DNA from: a virus
Lineage: Duplodnaviria > Caudoviricetes
DNA: 64,000 bases
Direction: 5' to 3' (one strand)
IMG/VR virus record: IMGVR_UViG_3300014167_000003
Location: 9,998-73,997 of that record
Made by a program: the position numbers and the translations under genes. This document shows positions 7,800-15,307 of this stretch, piece by piece. How positions within the stretch are numbered: the first letter of the stretch is position 1; each line of letters begins with the position of its first letter. The notes beneath the pieces were generated by a model. The model did not search any database. It was not told the DNA's origin and worked only from the letters and a program-made list of their open reading frames with translations.

Positions 7800-8360
7800 A
7801 TGGCATTCCGCAAGACAGAGGCCGTCCTGGCCGCACAGCAGGCCCGGAAACAGGCGATGATCGACGCGGCAATTGAGGTCATTGCCAGGGGCGGCATCGA
7901 TGCATTGACCACGCAGGCGGTCGCCGACCGCGTCGAGGTCTCAATTGGCACCGTGTACAATTTCTTCGCAGACGGCTCCGATCTCCTCGCCGCCGCCATC
8001 GTGCAATTGGCCAGGGCCGACATCAACGCCATGCGCAACGCGGCGAAGCTCGAATTGAGGCCCATCAACGCGCTCGCCGCCGCATTGACGGTGTTCTATA
8101 GCCGCCAGGAACGGCGCCGGTTGGTTGAGGCCATGTCCACCATGTCGTCCTACCGCGACGCCATCATCGACGAGATCGCGCGCCTCCTGGAGGAGGTGGT
8201 GCCGCAGGGCCGCCAGATCGCGGCAGCGGGCGTCCTGGGCGCGTTGTACGGCATCCATGGGTTCAGGAGCGGCGCCCAGGATCGCGCATCAGCGGCCGTC
8301 GCGTTCGCTCTCCTGGGCATCGGCGTGCCGGCGAAGGCGGTGGAGCGTCTCGTCGACTAA
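7800..8360 (+). CDS. TetR/AcrR-family transcriptional regulator
   Basis: MIDAAIEVIARGG...TTQAVADRVEVSIGTVYNFF TetR HTH; AGGAG RBS. Confidence 0.88.
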   Translation: MAFRKTEAVLAAQQARKQAMIDAAIEVIARGGIDALTTQAVADRVEVSIGTVYNFFADGSDLLAAAIVQLARADINAMRNAAKLELRPINALAAALTVFYSRQERRRLVEAMSTMSSYRDAIIDEIARLLEEVVPQGRQIAAAGVLGALYGIHGFRSGAQDRASAAVAFALLGIGVPAKAVERLVD

Positions 8361-8368
8361 ACGGTATT

Positions 8369-8575
8369 CTATGGGAGCAGATACCTGGGCGGTGAGCTGG
8401 AATTGCTCGCCGCCCTTTCCTGTTGCAGCGGCCAGAAGAGCGCCCAGCCGGTCTCGACATCGCGGATCAGCATGTGGCGCCCGCTATCCCTCAATTGCCG
8501 GTGCTCCTGCGTCGTGCCGGGCACGACGGCGCCGAGGCGCAATGCGAGATCGCGGCTACACCTCAATTCGATCAT
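8369..8575 (-). CDS. Hypothetical protein
   Basis: Terminal ORF of - strand cluster, overlapping upstream stop region. Confidence 0.5.
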   Translation of the reverse strand: MIELRCSRDLALRLGAVVPGTTQEHRQLRDSGRHMLIRDVETGWALFWPLQQERAASNSSSPPRYLLP

Positions 8576-9308
8576 TTGACCTGCCCTTCCGCTTCACGAG
8601 CACCTGCGCGTAGTCGTGCATGTGCGGGAACGTCGGGATGTCAATATACGCCAGTTCCTCGAAACATCCATCCAGGTAGCGCCAGGCGGCGTCGTCGGCG
8701 CACGCCTCCTCGCGAATGACGATGAGCTTCTGCCCGATCCGCATCGCGCGGAGCATTTGCTTGAACCAGGTGAAGTTGAGCGAGGGCCACGAGCAGAAGA
8801 CCGTGCGGTGGCTGAACCTGCGCACCATGGTCTTGGCCTGACCGCGCTGCTGTCCTAGATCGTGCTCGCCGCAGGTCCAGAAATAGCTCTCGTCGAGCAT
8901 GTCGCTCCCAATGACGTCGATGCCACGGAGCCGCATCAAACGCGTCATGTAGCCGGTGCCGGCGCCAACCTCGATGATCGGGCCATGCTCGGCGAGCGCA
9001 TCGAGAAGCTCGGCGCACGGGAGCGCAAAGCCGTAATGCCGGGTCCAGTAGTCGCGGGTGTGCCAGGCGTTCATGAGCCGGTTCATGTCGGGCATTTCCA
9101 CATCGCCGAAGTCGATGACGCCGGTCTCCTCGCCCTTCTTCAAGATCTCGGCCGTGCGACGGTCGAACTTCCTATGCTCGTCCTCGTACACATCGCCCCA
9201 GGTCTCGATGATCCTGGCGTACGGCCACACCGGCTCGCCGGCCATCCAGGCGGCCATGGTGTCGATCACGATCTTGTCGAGGACGAGGTCGACGGGGAGT
9301 TTGTTCAT
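8556..9308 (-). CDS. Class I SAM-dependent methyltransferase, substrate unknown
   Basis: IIEVGAGTGY motif I; YGFALP upstream; VFCSWP strand. Confidence 0.8.
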   Translation of the reverse strand: MNKLPVDLVLDKIVIDTMAAWMAGEPVWPYARIIETWGDVYEDEHRKFDRRTAEILKKGEETGVIDFGDVEMPDMNRLMNAWHTRDYWTRHYGFALPCAELLDALAEHGPIIEVGAGTGYMTRLMRLRGIDVIGSDMLDESYFWTCGEHDLGQQRGQAKTMVRRFSHRTVFCSWPSLNFTWFKQMLRAMRIGQKLIVIREEACADDAAWRYLDGCFEELAYIDIPTFPHMHDYAQVLVKRKGRSNDRIEV

Positions 9309-9556
9309 AGCGCTGCCCTGATCTCATCCGTGGTCGGCACCAGGATCTGCTTCACCTTCACCCACTGCTCGCGCACCGTGATGTCTTCCCACAGGCGTGG
9401 GCCAACGCGCTTGGGCAACTCGCCCTGAATGAACACGAACAGGTGGCCGTCCGCCGTCTTGCGAAAATGGGCAATGCGCAGCCCGGCCCATTCGGCGTCC
9501 TCGGCCGGCGAATAGATCCACCAGATCTCATGAAAGTCTTCTGGCTCTTCGGTCAC
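9305..9556 (-). CDS. Hypothetical protein
   Basis: GTGA coupling. Confidence 0.55.
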   Translation of the reverse strand: MTEEPEDFHEIWWIYSPAEDAEWAGLRIAHFRKTADGHLFVFIQGELPKRVGPRLWEDITVREQWVKVKQILVPTTDEIRAAL

Positions 9557-10053
9557 TGCAGAACCTCGTGGCCGAGGATGTTGCGGAACGGTCCCATCAT
9601 GATCATTCCGCCGGGCTCGGTCATCTCCTCGAACTCGCCTACGCTCGGCTTGTTGTCCTTGTCGCGCGAGATCTTGAAGAAGCCACCGAAGGCGGTGCCC
9701 TTCTCCTCGGCGACCACCCACACCGCTTCATACCGATCCGCCCGCTGCGACGGTGGCGTCTCCTTGGATGCGTCGAACACAGCACCTTCTGGCGCCGGGA
9801 CCTTGGCCATCCAGGCCTCGCACACGAATGCGTAGTATTGCGCGCCGCCGGTCATCTTGATCACGCGCTTCAATGCCTCGATCATCATGCGCTTCTCGCC
9901 GTGGTCCCGCCACGGGCACGGCACAATGGCCATCGGGCCGTCTTGATGCTGGACAAAGAACATCGGCACCAGCTCGCCGCGCTCGACGAAAATGAGCGCG
10001 GCATGGTCCTTCACGAAATTGAAAAAACTCCGAAGCTCCTCGCTCACAGCCAC
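9553..10053 (-). CDS. Hypothetical phage protein
   Basis: Coupled ORF; YAFVCEAW and R.EAV motifs. Confidence 0.7.
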   Translation of the reverse strand: MAVSEELRSFFNFVKDHAALIFVERGELVPMFFVQHQDGPMAIVPCPWRDHGEKRMMIEALKRVIKMTGGAQYYAFVCEAWMAKVPAPEGAVFDASKETPPSQRADRYEAVWVVAEEKGTAFGGFFKISRDKDNKPSVGEFEEMTEPGGMIMMGPFRNILGHEVLQ

Positions 10054-10274
10054 ACCTCCAAGATCACCGGATCATCCTCCTCCATGCGCGGAAACATGGT
10101 CAGCCCGGGCGGCAGGAGATCGCGGATCTCGTTGAGCGTATCGGCCACGAACATCTCGCCGGTCGGCAAGACCGCGTGCGTGGTCGCGATCCAGCGGCGT
10201 GCCACGAACCCGTCCGGGTAGTCGCTCGGGTGGTCGTACACGGTCCAGCCAGCCACGGGCACCTTGTACCTCAT
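10044..10274 (-). CDS. Conserved small phage protein
   Basis: WTVYDHPSDYP..FVARRW...R...DDPVILEVW pattern. Confidence 0.7.
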   Translation of the reverse strand: MRYKVPVAGWTVYDHPSDYPDGFVARRWIATTHAVLPTGEMFVADTLNEIRDLLPPGLTMFPRMEEDDPVILEVWL

Positions 10275-10612
10275 TGCAGCGTCGGCGGCCTCGGCGGCCA
10301 GTCGTTGGGCACGAGGCTCACGTTAAATTCGTGCATCGCTTGCATCGTCTTGACCATGTCCTCGATCATCTCCTGCTGCTCCACAAGGATCTTGTCGCGC
10401 TGCCTGCGGCGTCTCCTGGCCCATTCCCAATAGCCGGCGAAGAACAGCATGGCGCCGTTGGCGCCGATCATCATCATGTTGAGCAATTGCCCGAAGCTGC
10501 CCGGCGGCGATCTGTAGACCACGATGCCGCACATGATCATGCAGAAGCCCTGCGCCGCGATCACGTACGGCATCGAGTTCTCTTTCCAGGTCGGCAGGCG
10601 CGGGATCTTCAT
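10271..10612 (-). CDS. Two-TM membrane protein
   Basis: Two hydrophobic segments followed by RRRRR and coiled coil. Confidence 0.65.
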   Translation of the reverse strand: MKIPRLPTWKENSMPYVIAAQGFCMIMCGIVVYRSPPGSFGQLLNMMMIGANGAMLFFAGYWEWARRRRRQRDKILVEQQEMIEDMVKTMQAMHEFNVSLVPNDWPPRPPTLQ

Positions 10613-10815
10613 TTGTCCACTCCGGCGCAGTTGTCGCCTTGCGCACCGATCTCGCCATTCGCGGCTTTTTGATCGAGGAAGCCGCGCAGATCGGTAAGCT
10701 TGCCGCACCTCCAGCCTGTACCGCCGAGCATCAAATAGCGGCAAGTCAATGCGCCTTGGCCCGTCTTGCAAACCGCTTGCGCATAGGCGTCATCGAGCAT
10801 CGGCGGCACCTTCAT
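10609..10815 (-). CDS. Small Cys-rich protein
   Basis: C..G....TCRYL......CGK...DNC pattern. Confidence 0.65.
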   Translation of the reverse strand: MKVPPMLDDAYAQAVCKTGQGALTCRYLMLGGTGWRCGKLTDLRGFLDQKAANGEIGAQGDNCAGVDK

Positions 10816-11081
10816 GTGCTGCCCTTCATCTCGGGCTGGCCCTCGAACCGGCGCGTGATCTCCTTGAGCATGGTCACCACATCCTTGCGGGTACCATTGG
10901 AGATGTAATTGACCCGGTCCTCGCCGCCGACATCCGCAAATGGCGTCGTGAGCAATACGAAGCAGACAGTGCGATCCGTGCCCTTGAGCTTGCCATTGAA
11001 CAGCTCATCGAGTCCGTGCGCGACTTCGTTCATCAGTTCACGGAACTCGGCAACGATCTTGTCGTCCGGTGTCTCGCTCAT
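10812..11081 (-). CDS. Conserved hypothetical phage protein
   Basis: FVLLTTPF...NYISNG.R.DV...LKE...RFEG pattern. Confidence 0.7.
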   Translation of the reverse strand: MSETPDDKIVAEFRELMNEVAHGLDELFNGKLKGTDRTVCFVLLTTPFADVGGEDRVNYISNGTRKDVVTMLKEITRRFEGQPEMKGST

Positions 11082-11842
11082 GCTGCGTGCCTGTTTGCAA
11101 TGCGGAGGAAGTCGTCCTCGGCGAGTTCGAGCGTGATCTTCTGTGCCAGCAATTGATCGCCCATCGGCACCCGGCCGGTGGGCACATGAGCGCAGAGCCG
11201 GTGTCTTACCTTCTCGCCGTGCATGACGTCGACATTGCCAGTGAGCGTGCCGCCGCGCACACGGTACCGCGTCCCGGTCTTCCCGCCCACAACAACGAAC
11301 CAGCCACGACTCGTGAACGTCTCGCGCTGCTCCGGCGTGAGATGTTCGAGGAGGAGCCCATTGGCGCGCTCCGTGGCGGCCTGGCGCCGCTCGTGCTCCT
11401 CACGGTGCCGCTGCTCCAGCTGCTCGCGTGCGGCCCACCTCGATGAGAGCCTGCGCAGCATCTCCTGCTCATTATGCTCGGCGACCGCGCGCCGGTAGGC
11501 CTCCTGCTCGCGCCGTCCCTCCTCCTCCCGCGTGATGATCGCGGGCGCCGATGGCGCCCAGAGAACGCGGCCATCGTCGGTGTCGTGGAATGGGTACCAT
11601 TTGATCGAGGTGATGCCGGGTGCCGATGGCATGAACCAGTTGCTCGTCGCCTGCTGGGCGAACGCCGCCATCTGGATCTGGCGATAGTGATCGGAAACAA
11701 GCGTGCCGGTGCCGGTCGGCTCCTGATACTGCCACACCGAGCCGGTCTGCGCCGTCTGGTAGATGTTGAATATCGGCGACGGCGATGACGTCGTCGTCGC
11801 CGTGTTCGTGACCGTAGGCGAGCCGCCGAGCCAGCGCCACAT
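11078..11842 (-). CDS. Partner of the Ubl gene: S/T-rich N-terminus, coiled coil, C-terminal domain with a single Cys
   Basis: LL.HLTPEQR..F...GWFVV.G..G.RYRV...NV...RLCAHVP...PMGDQLLAQKITLE..EDDFLRIAN; starts 1 nt after Ubl stop. Confidence 0.75.
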   Translation of the reverse strand: MWRWLGGSPTVTNTATTTSSPSPIFNIYQTAQTGSVWQYQEPTGTGTLVSDHYRQIQMAAFAQQATSNWFMPSAPGITSIKWYPFHDTDDGRVLWAPSAPAIITREEEGRREQEAYRRAVAEHNEQEMLRRLSSRWAAREQLEQRHREEHERRQAATERANGLLLEHLTPEQRETFTSRGWFVVVGGKTGTRYRVRGGTLTGNVDVMHGEKVRHRLCAHVPTGRVPMGDQLLAQKITLELAEDDFLRIANRHAA

Positions 11843-11843
11843 G

Positions 11844-12080
11844 TCAGCCTCCGACGAGCTGTGGCCTCATCAGGATCTTGCCGGCCTTCGGGTTGAACTC
11901 GGTGATCCGCTTGCCGCTCTCGCCGTCCTCCCTGATCTCGAACGCGCTATATCCTTCCGCGATCAGGGTCTCGAACGTTGCCTTGGCCGCGCGCACCTCG
12001 ACCGGCTTTGCCGGGTCCCAGGTCACTTCGCTGTGGCCGGTGCGGTCCATGATGTTCATTTTGCCGAAGCTGCCGTGCAT
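11844..12080 (-). CDS. 78-aa putative ubiquitin-like (beta-grasp) protein ending in Gly-Gly
   Basis: AGGAGG RBS; predicted beta-beta-alpha-beta-beta-beta; ends KILMRPQLVGG-stop. Confidence 0.7.
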   Translation of the reverse strand: MHGSFGKMNIMDRTGHSEVTWDPAKPVEVRAAKATFETLIAEGYSAFEIREDGESGKRITEFNPKAGKILMRPQLVGG

Positions 12081-12139
12081 GTCTTCCTCCTGTTTTTGTT
12101 TGTCGTCGCTTCCAGGCGATGAACCGCATCGCCTCCTTC

Positions 12140-12349
12140 CTAAAACGGTCTCCTGCCATGTTCCGCCTCGATGTGCATGCGGGCCTCCTCCTCGGTCGCC
12201 CATTGGTGCGGGCTATCCGCCTTAAGACCGACGTTTGCAATGCAGATCCGACAGGCGAAGGTCATTTTATCGGGATAGGTGGCCGGCAGCGGCTCCCACC
12301 AGTCAACACCAGGGAAGGCAAACCACAGGCCGGCGGCGGTCATGGTCAT
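12140..12349 (-). CDS. Small C2H2-like zinc-finger protein
   Basis: CRIC...HIEAEH; ATGA coupling. Confidence 0.6.
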   Translation of the reverse strand: MTMTAAGLWFAFPGVDWWEPLPATYPDKMTFACRICIANVGLKADSPHQWATEEEARMHIEAEHGRRPF

Positions 12350-12531
12350 CGTGGTGTCGCCCACTCCCAGGCACCGTCGCGAAAGACCATGCCGTACTCT
12401 TCGTGGCAGTATTTGCAGGTGAGCTTGTCGCCCTCCTCGGGCGGCTTCTCGGCGGCCACCATCGCCTCATCGAGCGTCGCGATACAACAGCGCATCAGGC
12501 CGCCATGGCGCACAAGGTACTTTTCATTCAC
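12346..12531 (-). CDS. Small Cys-rich protein
   Basis: RCC and CKYC motifs. Confidence 0.6.
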   Translation of the reverse strand: MNEKYLVRHGGLMRCCIATLDEAMVAAEKPPEEGDKLTCKYCHEEYGMVFRDGAWEWATPR

Positions 12532-12569
12532 GGCTCGATCTCCAGGCGCCGGCCTTCCATGTCACGGCG

Positions 12570-12977
12570 TCACGCCTTCTTCTTGACGGGCCGTTTCTCC
12601 GCGCGCTCGCGGCGCTTGGCCAGGAGCGCCATGTATTCCTTCTTCTCCTGCTTCGCCTTGGCGATCTCGGTGTCGTAGTTGGGCTTCTCGTCGCGCACGA
12701 GGTCGTATTTGTAGCCCATGGCGCCGGCCATCTTGGCGAAGGTCGCGTGCTGCGGGCGCCGCGTCTGACCACCGAACATGTTGTGAATGGTGCTCGGCGA
12801 GAGGCCCGCAAGGTCCGCCAGGTCGATCTCCTTGATGCGCTCCTTCTGCCAAAGCGTCCTGAACTTGTCGATCTCAGGGTCCTTGTCGATGAAGTTGTAG
12901 CTGCGCGTTAACCAGAGAGAGCCACTATTGCTCCCTTTCATGGTGGTGAGTATCGACCTCGGCGTACGCTTAAGCAT
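12570..12977 (-). CDS. XRE/Cro-like HTH protein
   Basis: EIDLADLAGLSPSTIHNMFGGQTRRP HTH; basic C-terminus. Confidence 0.75.
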   Translation of the reverse strand: MLKRTPRSILTTMKGSNSGSLWLTRSYNFIDKDPEIDKFRTLWQKERIKEIDLADLAGLSPSTIHNMFGGQTRRPQHATFAKMAGAMGYKYDLVRDEKPNYDTEIAKAKQEKKEYMALLAKRRERAEKRPVKKKA

Positions 12978-13728
12978 TGGCTACTTCCTCCTGATGTTCA
13001 ACAACCGCCTTTGCCTTCGGCGCGGGCGGTACCAATTTGACCTTCTTGACCTTGGCGATCTCCTCGCCGACCGTCTTGAGTTTGCCGATAATTTTGTACT
13101 TACCCTCCTCGACCCGCGCGATGACCTTGTCGTCGAGGAGCTTCTTGATCTGTGGCGACACCGACTTCGGCGAGCGCCCGGCCGCCTCGAACAGGCGCTC
13201 CAGCTCCGCATTGGTGAACGTGCCAGCCCGGTGCTTCATCTTCTTCCAGATCAATTCGGCGCCAGACATCCCGAACGCAGCAAGCCCCCGTGGCTTGCGC
13301 GGGGGCTTGTCTTGCTTGGGCTTAACAGTTTTCGGCTTGGCGCTGGGCTTTGGGTGATGCTCGATCAGCTTGATCGTATCCTGGCGCCGGTAGCGTCCCG
13401 GGGCGATGCGGGCGAGCGTCTTGCCGGCCTGCAATTCGGAGAGGTAGCCGTAGATCGCCTGGTAGGTGATGCCCTCTTTCTCCAATACGGCAAGCACCTC
13501 TCTCACCGTGAACTCCTCGTGCGCCGCAATGTACTCGTCGATCATCTTCCGGGGCGGCTTCGCAAATTGCTTCTTTTGCCGGAACGTCGCGATGTCGGTG
13601 ATCATCTCGTACCCGACATTGGTGATGCCCAGGGATAGGAAGGTGGTCAGCACGGCTTCGAGGTTACCCTGTTCGATCTCGGCGCTCACGCGCCACCGCA
13701 CCTGCATCTCGATCTGTTTCTTTGCCAA
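12970..13728 (-). CDS. Basic protein with two putative winged-helix modules
   Basis: FTVREVL...YQAIYGYLSEL...RIAPGRY and FTNAELE...SPKSVSPQIKKL...RVEEGKY; TTG start. Confidence 0.65.
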   Translation of the reverse strand: MAKKQIEMQVRWRVSAEIEQGNLEAVLTTFLSLGITNVGYEMITDIATFRQKKQFAKPPRKMIDEYIAAHEEFTVREVLAVLEKEGITYQAIYGYLSELQAGKTLARIAPGRYRRQDTIKLIEHHPKPSAKPKTVKPKQDKPPRKPRGLAAFGMSGAELIWKKMKHRAGTFTNAELERLFEAAGRSPKSVSPQIKKLLDDKVIARVEEGKYKIIGKLKTVGEEIAKVKKVKLVPPAPKAKAVVEHQEEVANA

Positions 13729-13782
13729 CGGTCGTCTCCTGTTGCCTTTGTGAAAACTTACTAACGACTCGCCGACAATGTG

Positions 13783-13801
13783 TTAACAGCAGGCGAGTTA
13801 A
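13783..13801. promoter_or_regulatory. TTAAC-N9-GTTAA dyad in divergent region
   Basis: Direct sequence; related TAAC half-sites at 5212, 24083-24120, 62295-62317. Confidence 0.45.
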
Positions 13802-13876
13802 CTCTGGCAGAAATTTGGTGTCCGTCAAACGCGTCGTGTTGCCGGCGGAACATCTCCCTCAAAAAAAATATCAACA

Positions 13877-13896
13877 AGTGTTCCCGTGGGAACACT
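13877..13896. promoter_or_regulatory. Perfect 9-bp inverted repeat upstream of the Crp/Fnr gene
   Basis: AGTGTTCCC-GT-GGGAACACT, ending 20 nt before ATG 13917. Confidence 0.6.
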
Positions 13897-13916
13897 CTTC
13901 AAGCGACGGGTGGACT

Positions 13917-14561
13917 ATGCCCAAGGCCGTTGAGACCTTCTTGTCCAAGCTCAAGGACCCGAGGATCGTCACTCACAAGTACGATGTCGGCGAGGCCATC
14001 TACCGAACCGGCGATGCGGCCAAGTCGATCTTCTGGCTCCGCATTGGTCGGCTCAAGACCACGGTGCCAGCCGAGATCCCGGGCCACACCGACCCGGTGG
14101 TGGCGATCACCGAGGCGGGAGAGTTCTTCGGCGAGGCGGCGCTGCTCCACCCGCCCAGGCGCGTCGCCACCGTCACTGCCATGATCCCCTGCGAGATCGT
14201 CGAATTGCCAAATGAGGCGGCCCTCGAAGCCATGGGCCAGCAGCCCGGCCTCGCCATCTACATCATCCGCCACCTCCTCCACGACCGGCGCCAGCGCGGC
14301 GCCATGGCCATGGTGCGGCGCGTCGGCACCCTGGAGCAACGGGTGGCGTTCGTGCTCCTCTCCCTGGAGAAGTTCGGCGCGGTGCCGACCGGCGTGACGC
14401 AGCAGATGATCGGCGAGCTGTGCGACATCTCCCGCGCCAGGACGTCGACCATTTTGAATGCGATGAAGGCGAAGGGGATGATCCACTACAACGCCACCAT
14501 AGACCTGGACATGCCGAAGCTGATCGACATGCTCCCGGCGTCGGTGCGGGACTTCGTGTGA
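13917..14561 (+). CDS. Crp/Fnr-family regulator (cNMP-binding domain plus HTH)
   Basis: GE.IY..GD....F....G, GEFFGEAALL..PRR.ATV.A, LEQRVA..LL, TQQMIGELCDISRARTSTILN. Confidence 0.9.
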   Translation: MPKAVETFLSKLKDPRIVTHKYDVGEAIYRTGDAAKSIFWLRIGRLKTTVPAEIPGHTDPVVAITEAGEFFGEAALLHPPRRVATVTAMIPCEIVELPNEAALEAMGQQPGLAIYIIRHLLHDRRQRGAMAMVRRVGTLEQRVAFVLLSLEKFGAVPTGVTQQMIGELCDISRARTSTILNAMKAKGMIHYNATIDLDMPKLIDMLPASVRDFV

Positions 14562-14562
14562 T

Positions 14563-14937
14563 CTAGTGCCCGACATTGACGAGCGCCTCGGCCATCTCAC
14601 AGAGCGCCTTCTGCAGTGACGTCGGGAGAGCCTGGAAGGCCACCACCATGCGGGCGCCCACCCGCGTCGAGGCCATCTGCAGCGTCTGGCTCTCGATCTC
14701 GTTTATGACGAAGCCGTCACCAAGGAAGAAGCTCGGCGCCACGTCGAGCAGGTTGGCCAGCTGCAGCATGCGCGAGCCCGAGATCCGGTTCGTGCCCTTC
14801 TCGTACTTCTGGACCTGCTGGAACGACACGCCGAGATCGTGGGCGATCTTCTCCTGGCTGTAGCCCATCTCCAGCCGGCGGGCGCGCAGCCGCGCGCCGA
14901 TCTGCTGGTCCATGACCTTGGTTTCTGCGGTCTGCAT
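14563..14937 (-). CDS. PraR-like XRE-family repressor (candidate immunity repressor)
   Basis: IGARLR.RR...GYSQEK.A..LGVSFQQVQKYEKGTNRIS.SRM...A..LDV...FF, the rhizobial PraR-type HTH. Confidence 0.88.
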   Translation of the reverse strand: MQTAETKVMDQQIGARLRARRLEMGYSQEKIAHDLGVSFQQVQKYEKGTNRISGSRMLQLANLLDVAPSFFLGDGFVINEIESQTLQMASTRVGARMVVAFQALPTSLQKALCEMAEALVNVGH

Positions 14938-14963
14938 CCTCGCTCCCCTGTTGGTTGAGCCGG

Positions 14964-14993
14964 ACGATAAGGTTCCGCTATTGGGGTGGTCAA
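14964..14993 (-). promoter_or_regulatory. Sigma70-like promoter for the XRE gene
   Basis: TTGACC-N18-TATCGT on - strand. Confidence 0.5.
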
Positions 14994-15021
14994 GCCGTCT
15001 CAGGTCGTACCGTGAACACTT

Positions 15022-15059
15022 TAGACCCCGGCTAGACCCCGGTGGCGTTTAGACCCCGG
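15022..15059. repeat. Integrase arm-type sites, left arm
   Basis: TAGACCCCGG x3 at 15022, 15033, 15050. Confidence 0.8.
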
Positions 15060-15098
15060 GTCTGATCCTTTTGTTCTGAGCTAAGTGCTTGGTTTTGT

Positions 15099-15144
15099 TG
15101 GTCGGAGCGAAGGGATTTGAACCCTTGACCCCTAGTCCCCCAGA
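15099..15144 (-). mobile_element. attP core: 3' half of tRNA-Pro(GGG)
   Basis: - strand T-CTGGGGG-ACTAG-GGGTC-AAGGG-TTCAAAT-CCCTT-CGCTCCG-A-CCA: anticodon loop, T-arm, acceptor 3' strand, CCA; no D-arm or 5' half; adjacent to integrase. Confidence 0.88.
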
Positions 15145-15256
15145 GATTATTATGACCTTATTCGGGACGAAGCGGGCTAGTGGCGTATTGCAGTAAACAC
15201 CTTAAAATAAGCCACTTACCGTTCCGTGTCGTTCATTACGTGCCCACCTCGTTTAC

Positions 15257-15289
15257 TAGACCCGGGCCGGTTTTTAGACCCGGGGTCTA
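15257..15289. repeat. Integrase arm-type sites, right arm
   Basis: TAGACCCGGG at 15257; palindrome TAGACCC-G-GGGTCTA at 15275-15289. Confidence 0.8.
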
Positions 15290-15307
15290 CTCGAAAGGTT
15301 CAAGCCC

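Noticed and set aside
13783-13801. CtrA boxes (TTAA-N7-TTAA) here and at 62295
   Set aside because: Spacing is 11 and 9 nt, and the second half-site at 62308 is CTAA.
15099-15144. Functional tRNA-Pro gene
   Set aside because: D-arm and 5' acceptor strand are absent; treated as att core.
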